This document shows, piece after piece, positions 39,875-53,227 of a stretch of 64,000 nucleotides of DNA. Numbering within the stretch: position 1 is the first letter of the stretch; each line of letters begins with the position of its first letter. Origin of the DNA: the human T2T-CHM13v2.0 reference genome, Homo sapiens; NCBI RefSeq assembly GCF_009914755.1, contig NC_060926.1, one strand, 5' to 3'. The notes under the pieces were generated by a model, which saw only the letters and a program-made list of their open reading frames with translations, did not search any database and was not told where the DNA came from. Made by a program: the position numbers and the translations under genes.

Positions 39875-40095
39875 GTAGAGCACTTTGAAGGGCTTTCACG
39901 TATATAACCCATTTCATTCTCACAGCCTTACTTTGATGTAGGCTGAGCAAGGCAACATATTATTGTCCACTTTTTACAAATGCAAAAACTGAGGCTTAGA
40001 GCAATCGATGACGTGCCTATTGTCACATTACTAGTAGAAATGCCAGTCAAAATAAAAATCCAGGTTTTCTGATTGTCTATCCAAGAGTAACTTTT
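39875..40095 (-). mobile_element. MIR
   Basis: 'tattattgtccactttttacaaatgcaaaaactgaggcttagag...tgtcacattactagta'. Confidence 0.82.
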
Positions 40096-40947
40096 CTACT
40101 CCGGGGTTTTCATTCTTCCGTAAGAGCTGTAAGGACTTCTGAGAGCCACTCAGGGACCTGCCACAAAGAAGGAGGCCGCATGGCCAGGGCTTTATGCCCC
40201 AGCCCCTGCTTCAATCAGGGCAGGTTGACATGTATCTATTTTATCAATTGGGTTTCTGTTTAATCTTTACTGTATAAGATTTCTGCTTAAAAACATACGC
40301 ATTGTTTGACTACTCAGCACCATGCTAAAAAGAACATCAAGGGAGTAGAAGCCATGAAGGACGGGTGGGTCCAAAGAAGAATAAATAAGCTAAGACACGA
40401 GTGAATTGAGGATCACCAAATATATAGTCAGCTCCAGGTGGCATCTCTGTCTAACAGCAGATCTGCACATGGGTAGAGGTTAACCCCTCAGAGCATAGTA
40501 AAAGGGCAGCAGACATTGTTTTTACTCTTAATAAACACGAAATCTGTAGAGAAAATGGAACGGCTCTAAAGAAAAATACACAGACACATACAACTCAATT
40601 ACATTAACACCTGCATAACAATAATAGTTCAGCAATCCCTAGCGTTGACTGCTGCAGCCAACAAAAAACCTCATGCCCCTTGCTCACTCTGCCCTCGTTC
40701 TCCCTTGCTGAGCCCTTATTCATGTCCAAGGCCCAAACTTCTCATAAATCCTTATCTTGTCTTAGAAAAAAAGGAAGAAAACACCCTGAAAAACAAAGCC
40801 TCAAGGAAGTAAGTGCATGCTGCCTCTCCTAAGGGATGTAGCATTTTAAAAAGAGGACTCTACCAAGGGAAAGGCTAAGGTTGAATGGAAAAATATGAAT
40901 TGTTAATGGTCCAGTCAAACTTTCATGAAGGACGTAATTCATTGATT

Positions 40948-41054
40948 CATTTATTTTTATTTTTTTAGAGACAGAGTATTGTTCTGTTGCCCAGGCTGGA
41001 GTGCAATGGCACCATCATACCTCACTACAGACTCAAACTCCTGGCCTCAAGCGA
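40948..41054 (-). mobile_element. AluJ 3' fragment
   Basis: 'tttagagacagagtattgttctgttgcccaggctggagtgcaatggcaccatcatacctcact'. Confidence 0.85.
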
Positions 41055-41878
41055 CGCAAGGAGGTAATTTAGAATAGGAGCTCTCCCTGGGATGTTTCAT
41101 GTCTGTCCACAAAGACACACAAACATCCCTTGGCATATGACCATCCCATCTGGGAGCCCAGGCAAATCTATGGTGAAGCAAATGGAGCATAAGCCTTAGA
41201 GCCACTTAACGCCCCAGACTTCCAGCCACAGCCCTGGAAGAGGCGCTGCAATGTGTTTTTGCCAAATTGGCACAACAGTGAGGTTGTTTGTTTGTTTGTT
41301 TGTTTGTTTTTAGCTGTAATTGTTTAAGCTACTGGATCTTCCCATTCTGACTTCTCCATCACACTTCTGTCTGTCATGTCAGGCAGCATTAGAGTGGCTA
41401 CAGGCATCATTGGAATCCTGCTAAGAAGTTGAGTTAAGGTATATTTAATTTGGTTCAGAGGATATATTTATGTGGCTTACAGCTGTTTCTTTATATAATT
41501 AAATTATTCCTCGCTGTCTGTCCCATTGTGGGAATGACTTCCAGAAATATTTGTATTATCAACTACACCATACTATGAAGGACCAGTACAGAGGTCATAT
41601 TGCAATACATTTGTCTCGTACAGCACCCAGCTCTAGAAGTATGTGGGCAATAGAGAAGAAACATGTTTTTAATTGTATAGAACCAAAAGCTAGACTATGG
41701 AGAATTCTTCAAACCACCAGATGGGTAAAAGTCTAAGTAGAGGATTCATTTATCATTCTTATCAAAACAGAAGTTCTCACCTATTGGGGAAGACTCACTA
41801 ATGCAGTGTATATGGTTACAAATAAACTATGTTTTTTTCTGGAAATTATGTAAAACTGAATTTTTCAAAACTCCTGCG

Positions 41879-42047
41879 TTTATTTTATTATTTTATTTTT
41901 GAGGCAGGGTCCCGCTCTGTCCCCTAGGCTGGAGTGCAGTGGGGCAATCATACCTCACTGCAACTTCCAACTGCTGGGCCCAAGCGACACTCCCTGCTTG
42001 GCCTCCCAAAGTGCTTAGATTACAGGCATGAGCTGCTGCACCCAGCC
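41879..42047 (-). mobile_element. Alu monomer (FRAM-like or arm-recombined AluJ)
   Basis: Right-arm 3' part joined to a left-arm-type 'cctcccaaagtgcttagattacaggcatgagc'; flanks tcctgcgttta / tcctgtgttta. Confidence 0.85.
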
Positions 42048-42429
42048 CTAGAGTCCTGTGTTTAAAGGGCGACAGTGCTGCATGGTCGTGCATTTGCATG
42101 TGGTCAAGCTTAGGCACCCCAACTATTGAAAATAAGAAACAAATTTCAGTCAACCATATTAGATGAAACACTGAATTGTCTTCATATTCTTTCAGTAGAA
42201 AATAATATTACAAAATAATTTCACATAAAAAAGCAATACAAAACTAAACAGCCAAAAATATAAAGAAAGGGTATTCTAAAGATGTGTCAGACAGTTATAA
42301 TTTAAAATATCATGGCATTTTTCAGATATAATGATACTTGTAGTATTTGTCAATTTTATAAAATTTATAATTTGTTTAATTTCTCTTCTCATTCCAAATA
42401 AATACCATCTTTGGTCCTTGTTATATATT

Positions 42430-42714
42430 TTTAATCTTCTATTATTTTTCTTTAAAAGGATTCCAAAATTGAATAAACTTCTGGCCTACAAATCTTGGAT
42501 TTGCTTTTGCTGAGAGTGACATTTGAGGTGAATTATGCTTGGAAGATTTTGTCCTCACAGCTACCCAATGTAAACTTCTTAAACTCAGTAAAGATCAAAT
42601 GTGATTATTTCCTTTCCTGTCCAAATTTTCTATCTGCTTGTGAATTCTCTTTCAGCACATCACTTAAAGCAAAACTGAAGGATTCTTCATAATTTTTAGT
42701 ACTGTCTTCATCTT
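42430..42714 (-). other. Candidate terminal exon of the 47.4-42.4 kb unit
   Basis: Acceptor attcatctttttctag|A; phase-1 frame (E)DEDSTKNYEESFSFALSDVLKENSQADRKFGQERK* (TAA at 42607-42605); ATTAAA at 42435-42430. Confidence 0.3.
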
Positions 42715-43766
42715 CTAGAAAAAGATGAATCATGGTTATAATTTTTATTTTTACCACTGCCCTTTGTTCAGCCCCACAAATGATTCAAAAAGCATAATCA
42801 TTCTTGCAAAAAAAAAATTCAGAATCATTGCCACATGAAAATGATTCATTCTTTCCCAAAAAAGAAAAAACAATGCATTATTAACAATAAAAGCTTTGCA
42901 AGCATAAAAGTTGTGAATCCAGTTCTCCAAAATCTATTTCACAAGACTATTCATGCCTTTCATTTAAGGAAGCAATACTCATATATTTTAAGTTTGCACA
43001 TGCGTATAATTTACTAAATTTAAATCAAATATAATATAATGTATCTACAACACAGTGCCTAAGTATGAAAGTAGGTATTTTAATATAATTGCCCATTTAT
43101 ATTAAAAGCCTCTTATAAAAATCTTTTCCCCTCCTGAAATATCTTTTTTCCCAATGAGAATAATAGTCATAATTACAGAGTAGTAACACATGACAGATAA
43201 TGTTCCAATTTTAGAAAATTAGTTCTTTCTTAGCCTTGCAATGGAACCCCTTTTATCTGACTTTGGTATCGGTGTCATATGGAATAAGGGTATTATTTGG
43301 CTTTTCAGGGTAAAGAGACACCTAGTAAGGAACTCACTAAGACAAAATTCTTATATTAACTAACACTGACAACATTCAAAGAAAACCAAGATAATCGAAA
43401 AGAATGGTTTTGTTCAACCTGAAACAGTTGTTTAAAATTACATTTAAAGCCATTTTTTAAGTTAAAATCCAGTTTAATAGTCTCAGCACATTGATTTTTT
43501 CTTCTGGTAAACCTGAATGTCCAGGGAGCCATTTCCAAATGGGTCTTGACATTGTGGAAGTCTAGTACTATATCCACTCTGCTCAACTTATGCTTTAAAA
43601 TTTAGTCTTCAACTCCCCAAGCCAGAATATCTGTAATATTAAAATAGTCAATAATAATAACATAGTGAAGAGTACTGGCCAATGTGTCTATGTCCAAGCC
43701 TACCACTGCCTAACCACAATGTGCTTGTCTGTAAAGTGGGAAGTAGGAGGATGGGTTAAACAAGGT

Positions 43767-43826
43767 TTTTTTGTTTTGTTTTGTTTTGTTTTGTTTTGTT
43801 TTGTTTTGTTTTGTTTTGTTTTGTTT
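43767..43826. repeat. (TTTTG)n microsatellite
   Basis: About 11 consecutive ttttg units. Confidence 0.97.
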
Positions 43827-43859
43827 GAAGACTTACTTTTTGGGTAACTCTCTAACCAT

Positions 43860-43955
43860 GGATAAGGCCATACTCTCTTTAATTCTCACCATAACCCCTT
43901 CGTGATTATTATTTTCTCCATTTTACAAATGAGGTGAGACTCAGAGAATGGGAGG
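43860..43955 (-). mobile_element. MIR fragment
   Basis: 'tttaattctcaccataacccc...attattttctccattttacaaatgaggtgagactcagaga'. Confidence 0.75.
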
Positions 43956-44113
43956 AAAATAGGTAGAAGTTTCCACTTCTTAACGACTGCCAGAGATTTT
44001 GCTGGTTATTGTACTTACTACTTAAAAATAACTCTGCCAGATCTTTACTCTTTGGTATAGGAAAGTTGGTCTCAGAAAGTCTAAGTTGCATTGCTAAGGA
44101 GTGGCAAATATAA

Positions 44114-44438
<325 letters not shown>

Positions 44439-44560
44439 TCAAGGTTGCCTTGGCCACAAGCCTTGTGTTTCTTCCACATAACTGCTTCTTGGATCAGTTT
44501 TTCTCTTAGTTCTCCTCCAGTCAGATAAATGGACCAATGAAAGTGAGTGAGTTGCCTAAC

Positions 44561-44642
44561 CTTCAAAGATACTTCAGTGTTCCCCCTAGAAGAGCTCCAA
44601 TTCCACTTGTGAGGAGATGTCTCCCTGAGCATTTCCATCAAC
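44561..44642 (-). other. Candidate internal exon, 82 nt
   Basis: Acceptor ttttctttcttccaacctgcctttag|G; donor AAG|gttagg; open frame LMEMLRETSPHKWNWSSSRGNTEVSLK. Confidence 0.3.
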
Positions 44643-44919
44643 CTAAAGGCAGGTTGGAAGAAAGAAAATTACTAACAGGCTCCAACTTCAAATTCCGTGG
44701 GCCCACAGAAATTGTAGGTATCATTTTGGAACAAGAACTGTAGCATGAACTCCATTCATAAGAATCATTCATCTTTAAAAATATCACTACTGTAAGTCTG
44801 AAAGAACTGCTTTGAAACATAAAAGCCTGGATAACATGAAGGTGAATACACCTTCAAAATTAACATCAAAATGCTTAGCACTTTCACTGAATGAACTGAT
44901 TCAGCCATACTAGAAATTG

Positions 44920-45271
44920 TATTTTTTTGTTGTTTTGTTTTGTTTTGTTTTGAGACAGATTCTTGCTCTGTTGCCCAGGCTGGAGTGTAGTGGCACCATT
45001 TTGGCTCACAGCAACTTCTGCCTCCCAGCTCAAGCAATCCTCCCACCTCAGCCTCCTGAGCAATCCTCCCTCCTCAGCCTCCTGAGCAATCCTCCCTCCT
45101 CAGCCTCTTGAGTAGCTAGAACCACAGGCTTGTGCCACTATGCCTGGCTAATTTTTTTGTACTTTTTGCAGAGACAGGGTTTTGCCATGTTGCACAGGCT
45201 GAGCTCAAGCAATCTTCCAGCCTCAGCCTTCAAAATACGGGAATTACAGGTGTGAGCCACTGCACCTGGCC
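44920..45271 (-). mobile_element. AluJ with internal 26-bp triplication
   Basis: agcaatcctccc(a/t)cctcagcctc(c/t)tg x3 at 45033-45110. Confidence 0.93.
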
Positions 45272-46705
45272 AAATATGTTTCTAAATCAAGAAAAATTTC
45301 TATCAACTTTTCTAGGTAATAGTCTTCCTTTAAAAACTGAGACATACTTCTTTCCAAGGTCAAGAAGATTCAGTGGCAGAACCAGAGACCAGATGTGGAC
45401 CAGACATCTGCCTCACCCACAGTGTAGACCAGATATCTGAGCAAGCCAAAGAAAGAACTAAGGGCTGGTACACAGCTGATTGGCTGTGAAGAAGAACAAG
45501 ATTAAATCCCACTCTCAACAGTTTGCTAAAATATGACCACAGTTTGAAAATTAGTCAGAAGGGCCATTAAAAAGGAACTCACAGGTATCTTTTTGGCCCC
45601 AAAAATAAAAATAAAGGCTAAGCCAAAAAGAATATTTGAGATATAAGCAATTTAGGGAGAGAATTGTTGCACCAGCCCTAGTACAAATGCACAAGCAAAA
45701 AAGTTGAATGTTTTATTTATAATCAAAACACAGGGATTTATCAAAAACAGACACTTTTTTGGATACTGAGATTCATTTGAATAATTAAATATCCCCTCCT
45801 CTTCGAGAGCAGAGAGTAACTGCTGTTTCACTACAGCATGAAATGTAATGTAAGAAGGACTTAATTATGAGGTGAACATCATTTATCCCAAATGAATCTG
45901 CAATAGGGGAATACACATCAAATTTTGTCACATATCACTATCTCATGGACTGTAGGCAAATTTCTGAAATATTAATTTGCCCTTAACCACATGAATGAAT
46001 CAGCATATTGAGAGCCCTGTCCTAAGATGGAAAAATAAAATTCTACATATCTTTTGCCTGTTTGATTATAATATCTTACTAGCAGCACCTGCCACAGCAT
46101 CTGTTCTCTGACAATAATTTAAAAAATACCCAGGTTTGCTCTTTGTATTTTTCCTGTTAGTTTCAGCTGCTTCCTGAGCCATAAAGCCTGAGATAAATCA
46201 GTTTAAAAGATAAGCTTGAGATGCTAAAAAAGAAGGGAAAGGAACCAATGAGATAGTGAAGAAAAGAGATACAAAGGACAAAGCAAGCAATCAAAAGCTG
46301 AATCCAAGAGGAAACGAGAGTCTGGGGAGCCTTTCATCTCTAGATAACCAATTCCGATCTGTTGCTGATATGTCCCCACTATGTTGTTGCTGGAAATTGC
46401 TACCATCTGACAAACACCTAGTGGATGCTAAAATTCTGTTTTCAGATGTACTTTTGGGCAAATCTGAACCAATCTTCCCCCTTTACCTTCACCACACAGT
46501 GATCTTTTCCCAAATCTCCTTAACAGATCTGATTTGTGGATTCAAGGGAAAACTGCTGCAGATACAATGCATAACCACCCTCACCATATAGGAAATGTAT
46601 TCTTCCCTCCAGAGAGCTGTTATATTCTATTATAACCACCTTCCTCCCCTAAGAATTGTATTGGAAATGTCTGTCTCTTTGACAAAGGCATGCCATGTGG
46701 ATTAC

Positions 46706-46855
46706 CTTTTACTGCTCTTCTGACTCATATTAATTTCTATTCCTAAAATGGGGTGCATTTTATATGCTCCTTCATGCTGGTGTGGAAAGGAATACCACAT
46801 TGTAGAATCTAAAGAAAGACTTGAGGTACTAAAATCTTCCAGTCTATTCCTTTAC
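46706..46855 (-). other. Candidate internal exon, 150 nt
   Basis: Acceptor ttataatttttttttag|G; donor AAG|gtaatc; one frame open for 48 codons (RNRLEDF...MSQKSSK). Confidence 0.3.
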
Positions 46856-47158
46856 CTAAAAAAAATTATAAGATTTTCCTTAGAGATAGCCATAATCTCC
46901 AACCCTGTTAGATAAATAAATTGTGACACCCAAGGAAAGTGGAGGGGAGGATTTTGTGATAATCAGAGGAAGGGAAACGTGGTAATATTTAAGCAGAGTG
47001 TTTCCATTGGCATTAGCAAGCTTCTGCTTGAAAGACTATTCTGAATGAGTCATAATTTTTCTCCAACAAAATGGTAAGGCCTAGCAGTTGTCTTTCTCTA
47101 ATAGGTTATATTACAGGAGTATCTGTCTATTATGGAAACTGACTTCTTCAATACTCAC

Positions 47159-47364
47159 CAATAGACATGGAATGCCACTAGATAACTGAAATCAGTGAAC
47201 TACTCCAGAACCCACAGCAGCCCCAGGGTTTCATAGCCCTGGGGATTCCAGGACTGAACTTCACTGGACCCCAAGCACTCTACTACTCAGCATGTCATTG
47301 ACACTTGAGTGGCTCTTCAGCTCTCCCAGGTTCGCTCAGGGGGTGAGTTTACCCTTCTTATAAA
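47159..47364 (-). other. Candidate TATA-like box plus first exon
   Basis: TTTATAAG at 47364-47357; gctATGa at 47234-47232; donor TTG|gtgagt at 47159/47158. Confidence 0.3.
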
Positions 47365-48230
47365 TCCAAGAACACGCATTCAATTTTGTCCTCAGTCAAC
47401 TGATTTTGCCCTCTTGTAAGATTGTAAACTGACCTCTTAACACACAGCCTGCATGCAGTTAGCCAGTCCAGGTCCAGGTGAGGATGGACATCAGGCCCAA
47501 CTCATCACCTCTGTGAGGAAGCCAATGAAGACCCTAAGGGGTATCAGTTTGCATTTTGCTTGTAAGAACGAGGACTCTGTATTTTTCTCGTACTCTCAAT
47601 GAACAAAGGCCTTATTCAGGACATGGAAACAAAAAGTAATGTCATCCAACAGGGCTAACAAAGTTAGGTATTACATGTGTATTGAGAAAAGCCTGTCACG
47701 AAAATTCCCCCAACCCTTGCCATACTGTGGATTCAAGACAGTGCTTTGGAGTGACAACGATGATATGTCTTTGCAATGCCCAGGAAAGCCAGCTGATGTA
47801 CTTCCCAGCCCCAAGTGGCAGAACCAGGCAAGAGTGGTGAGCTCCCCAGGACACCTGCTGTGTCACTGATAGAACTGACCATCTATCCCTTCTACTCTAG
47901 GCGGTCCTCTATCCCCATGTTTCTCATAGTCCAAGAACACTGATATTGATCCCTAAAATTAGTAAAGGCCAGAAACTTCTTATTTTCCTGCTTTGTCTCT
48001 TGATAATTCAGTGTTATCTCTTTCATCATGAATCCCATGAATGAACATTCCCAAATCTACCCCATGGCTTCCCAATACTCCCTCCTGAACCGCTGCCCTA
48101 CTTGCCTTATATTGTTGAATACCCAAAGAGTTTAACTGTGTTACTATAACATAAAAGAAAACAATCAAAGTTATTACCTTGCAAATTGTTTTCTTCACTT
48201 TACTAATTATTCCATTCCACCTTAAGAGAT

Positions 48231-48583
48231 TATATCAGTCCATTTTATGCTGCTGATAAAGACATACCTGAGACTGGGAAGAAAAAGAGGTTTAATTGGA
48301 CTTACAGTTTCACATGGCTGGGGAGGCCTCAGAATCATAGCGGGAGGTGAAAGGCACTACTTACATGGCGGCAGCAAGAGAAAATGAGGAAGGAGCAAAA
48401 GTGGAAATCTCTGATATGCCCATCATATCTCATGAGACTTATTCACTGTCACAAGAATAGCATGGGTAAGAGTGGCCCTCATGATTCAATTACCTCCCCC
48501 TGGGTCTCTCCCGCAACATGTGGGAATTCTGGGAGATAAAATTCAAGTTGAGATTTGGGTGGGGACACAGCCAAACCATATCA
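48231..48583 (-). mobile_element. THE1B/C LTR
   Basis: Ends ggggacacagccaaaccatatca; 'gctgctgataaagacatacctgagactggg'. Confidence 0.95.
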
Positions 48584-50259
48584 GATGTTAACGTCAGCTC
48601 TGGTATGAACTAAAAAATATATTACTTCAGATTCTAAACTTTGTAAATAGTTAAAGGCTAACAAAGAATATGATAGAGCTCCAACATCATAATGAAGCGT
48701 AGAGTTTGCCATCTTAATACTTTGCAGTGAGTGGCAACTATCACCGTGGTGAGCCTTGCATGTTTGATTTATGAAAATGTATGATGCCTTACCAAAGGAG
48801 ATTTATATTTGTTGTCCACTATGAAAACTAATCTTACCAACCAACACAAGAAGCAATTTCAAAGAATTATTTTCTTGCTCTAGTATTGTTGGTTTCTCTT
48901 CTGCCATTATCCTTTTAATCTTTATTCTTTTTAGCCCAATCATTGATGTAAAAGTGAATCTTTTGTTAATTTGAAAGTTGTTCTGTTTGTTTGAAGTGGG
49001 GGTAAAATGATTTATCATAAAACTGCCAGAAACTGGGTTTTAACGTATTTCCTTATTGTCCCATTGCACTCGATACATTTCCAGCCCCAGAAATTCCTCT
49101 GTCAGATTAAGTGACAGTTCATGACTGGATGAGACTTCATCCCCACTCTTACCCAATGCTAATCTACTGCTAGAATTGTAAGCAAGTTCATAGCTGATGC
49201 CAACACACAGTCTAACAGGAAATGCCTGAGAATGCTTAGTCTGTCAGGCAGCAGTAGCTAAGGCTCATTAGGGAGGCTCTGGTTCCAGATTTGCCATGAC
49301 AACTTCTAGAGATACATATCTAGTATGTTAGTGACATGCTGACATCACAGTTTGCTCCTTGAAAGAGGGGCAAGCAGAGGCACGACTCCCTTATTATCAT
49401 GGTGATAATAATGCTGCTGTTAAAATCATGCTGCGTCTGGGGGAGGGGCAGAGAGGTGCTTTTACAGTTTAAATCACTGCCCAAGATAAGATCATGGAAT
49501 ATGTTACTGTTTTGCATGCTATTTTTTTAGAAGAAAAGTGAATTGCTATAGCAAATAAAAGTCTATTAGCATTTAACCAAAAAAAGATCTAATTTATTAT
49601 TCTGCTTCCAACAAATACTTTGCTGTAACAATGAACTGTAGAATAAATACTGTTTATTCATAACTGTAACACCAAATTTAGGTCTTTTTCATCTTAGTTA
49701 TTTATTTTATTAAGCATTGAAAAAACAATGGACTATTAATTCAGTGGGAAACTACAATGGTGGAGCTAAATCTTGAGACAGGCAGTCAGGTTCCTTCAAA
49801 ACTATTGGATTTCACTTCAGTATCCCCAAAGACAGAATGGACACAGAGGGGATGAGGCATGGTGAAAGTTAGTGATGATCTTTGGGAGGCAGCCAGTTGC
49901 ACTACTCCTTGAGCTGGAAAAAGGGATGTGGGTGGGAGCAAGCATGTCAGAGAAACAGCAGAGTGCCATGGAAGAATGGGACTGTCATCATCAGGGGCTG
50001 GGATGAAGATTCTCTTGTTAAACTCTGAATTTTCCCTGGGTGGGAGGTCTAGTTCTGAAAGAAGAAAGGAGAAATTGCACAGCTGAATTGACAAGGTCCC
50101 TGTGAAGGTTGGGACGTTGTGTTCAGCTTATCATAATCTGGACCAGATTTCTATTTTATCATAATCAGACAGGAATTGCAAGACAGTAGGGGATACAAAC
50201 TGGTTACAAATATTTCCTTCTCATTTTATTTCCTTTTAAATGCAGTAAAAACTCACATC

Positions 50260-50880
50260 TAGATATTACCCTCTCTTAACCCCACTTCCCTGACCACCTA
50301 CCACCCTATTTCTTTGCTCTTCTATCTTTTCCCAATGTCTTCAAGTTTTCTTCCCCCATTCCCCATTAAATCCAGTCCAAAAAGGATTCTGACCATCTCA
50401 CTCAAACAGATCTGCTCTTATGAGGTCACCAGTGATCTCTACTGGTCCATATTCAGGCCTTATCTTACTTAACCCATGACTAGTTTATGAAGTTTATGAT
50501 GAAACTGATTCACTGCCATCTTTGACATTGACTTCACCTGTCTCAGGGATACCAAAGTCTCCAAGTTTTCCTCCTTCATCACTCAATCATTCCTTTTTCC
50601 ATTTTTTTTATTTTTTCCATTTTTATTATTTTTGTCTTCTCTTTATCCCCCCTCCCTTCCCCAGTTATTAAGATGTCCCAGGGCATTGACTCCATTGGCT
50701 ATCACTATCTTACTTAGTCTCGTGGTTTTAAACACGTTATGTGTGCTAGCAACAACCAGATTAACAGTCCAAACCTGCTCTCTAGATTCCAGATAAAACA
50801 GCTTATTTGACATCACCACTTGGCTGCCTAATAGAAATCTCAAATTCAGCATGTCAAAAACTCAATCCTTTATTTCTAGC
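50260..50880 (+). mobile_element. L2a ORF2-region fragment
   Basis: 'ctgctcttatgaggtcaccagtgatctc', 'ctctagattccaga...tttgacatcaccacttggctgcctaatag...ctcaaattcagcatgtcaaaaact'. Confidence 0.82.
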
Positions 50881-51250
50881 AGGGAGGACAGAGGACAAAG
50901 AAGCTGGCTGGGCCTTGCAACTCAGAGCATCTGGGCTGGGAAATGCAGCAGGACATGGAATTGGTGAAGAGTAATTAAAGAACTATGGGAACTCCATTTT
51001 AGACCTGGTAGGTATTAGTAGTAAAAGTTGTCATTCGGTTTTATTTTTGGCATTTATAATAGGTTCAAATATAAAAGAAGAGACAACACCAAAATAAATA
51101 GATCCACAGGGCAGTAAATTCTTCCAATGGTCTCAACTTCCTCAGTAATTACTTGATAGTTTCCAATAGTAACTGCATCTATAGCCATGCATATTTCCCC
51201 ATTTGAGGGAAATCTCATCCCTTGTCTACCTCTAAGATCCATCTTCACCT

Positions 51251-51885
51251 TATAGAGGCCATGGGAAAACTTCCTCTTTGCTCTCTGAAAGTTTGCTCAA
51301 AAATCAACTCACAAAAGGCAGATAAATTAGAGAAAAGGCATATAAATTTACTTGACATATACACAGGAGCCTTCAGAATGAAGACCCAAAGATACACAGA
51401 AAATTGCCCATTTTTATGCTTAGGTTAAACAAAGTATTAACATCTATGTAGAAATATTGAACAAAAAGGGGATGATCTAATGCTCATACTGAGTGGAGAA
51501 GCCCAGCAAGGCCTGTCTGCTTAGATTCTTCTTGGCCTCTCTGTTATAAGCATTCATTCCTTCTGGGTGTGGGGCAGGACTCTCTCTGGAATGGGTGTCT
51601 TGTGACCTACAGTCAAACCAGGTAGGTCAGATCATTTCTTTATGTACAGTTTTCACACAGAAAGGCTGAGGGGAAGTTAGGTAATATTTTTAGGCTTTAT
51701 GGCTGGCTTTGGGGAAAGGGGATCCTGGCTTCTATGATCTGCCTTGGGAAGAGGAATTCTAGTTTCTGTGGCCAGCCTCGGGGGAGAATGGGACAGAGAG
51801 ACTGGAGAGAAGGAGAAGGTCAAAGAAAAAATTTTTGCTTCTGAGGCCTTCATTTTGGGGTATTGTTTTCTGTTGAGTCTCAACA
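51251..51885 (-). mobile_element. MER39-family ERV1 LTR
   Basis: Reverse complement starts tgttgagactc...aaacaataccccaaaatgaaggcctcagaagc; 'aaatcaactcacaaaaggcagataaattagagaaaaggcat' near the 3' end. Confidence 0.85.
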
Positions 51886-52331
51886 ATTTCAAGAATGTTG
51901 TGCAATTCAGTAACCCATAGAAATATATTCCTTAGAGTTCTGAGTTACTCAGTCAAATATAGCTTCTTCTGAGGTGTCGCTTTAGTAAGAGGTGCCTTCT
52001 CATTCTTCCTTAATTCATCCACTAGCTAAACACAGGAACCCACATGCATGCATACACACACATCTTGAGGAAATATGGTAATCCTCAGAACAGAGTTTCC
52101 AGTCATATTAAGAAAGAAAATCATTGTTATCCACTTTTACACGGCCACTATTAATATTAGTATTTTGTTATTTTGAAAGGCAGTGGCAGTTGCCCTTTGT
52201 ATTCCTCTTATCCTCACCGTGAGAAAATATTGTGTAGGTATATGTTTGTGTGTATATAAATACATATATATTCATAAAATAAAACATCATTTTAAGAACT
52301 GAGTAATAATCTGAGGCCCCTAAAAAGCCAT

Positions 52332-52971
52332 CTTTCTTTTTTTTAATTATACTTTAACTTCTGGGGTATGTGTGCAGAATGTGCAGGTTTGTTACACAGG
52401 TATACATGTGCTATGGTGGATTGCTGCACCCATCATCCTGTCATCTACATTAGGTATTTCTCCTAATGCTATCCCTCTCCTAGGCCCCCACTCCCCAACA
52501 GGCCCCAGTGTGTGATGTTCCCCACCCTGTGTCCATGTGTTTTCATTGTTCAACTCCCACTTATGTGTGAGAACATGCGGTGTTTGGTTTTCTGTTCCTG
52601 TGTTAGTTTGCTGAGAATGATGGTTTCCAGCTTCATCCATGTCCCTACAAAGGACATGAACTCATCCTTTTTTATGGCTGCATAGTATTCCATGGGGTAT
52701 ATGTGCCACATTTTCTTTATCCAGTCTATCATTGCTGGGCATTTGGGTTGGGTCCAAGTCTTTGTTATTGTGAATAGTGCTGCAATAAACATATGTGTGC
52801 GTGTGTCTTTATAGTAGGATGATGTATAATCCTTTGGGTATATACCCAGTAATGGGATGGCTGGGTCAAATGGTATTTCTGGTTCTAGATCCTTGAGGAA
52901 TCACCACACTGTCTTCCACAATGGTGGAACTAATTTACACTCCCACCAACAGTGTGAAAGCATTCCTATTT
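52332..52971 (-). mobile_element. L1PA7-like 3' end, 5'-truncated
   Basis: 'MFIAALFTITKTWTQPKCPAMIDWIKKMWHIY' ORF2 C-terminus; L1PA 3'UTR. Confidence 0.96.
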
Positions 52972-53205
52972 TCGGATCACATAAATCTTTTGCCTTTTAT
53001 TAATGAAAAGTCATCTTTCTATTGATGTCCATCTATTACAACAGTAAGACCCAACAGAAGCTTTGAAATTCAAAATTCTGTCTCAGTTGAACAGCCAGGT
53101 CAAAGTCCTGAACTCCCACTTTTCTTCTGTAAAATCAAAACAGGAAACAGTTGTGATCCTTCTGCACGATGAAACCCCAGAGATTGAAGATTGAGTGTGC
53201 CCGTA

Positions 53206-53227
53206 GACACACACACACACACACACA
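53206..53227. repeat. (CA)n microsatellite
   Basis: About 11 CA units. Confidence 0.95.
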
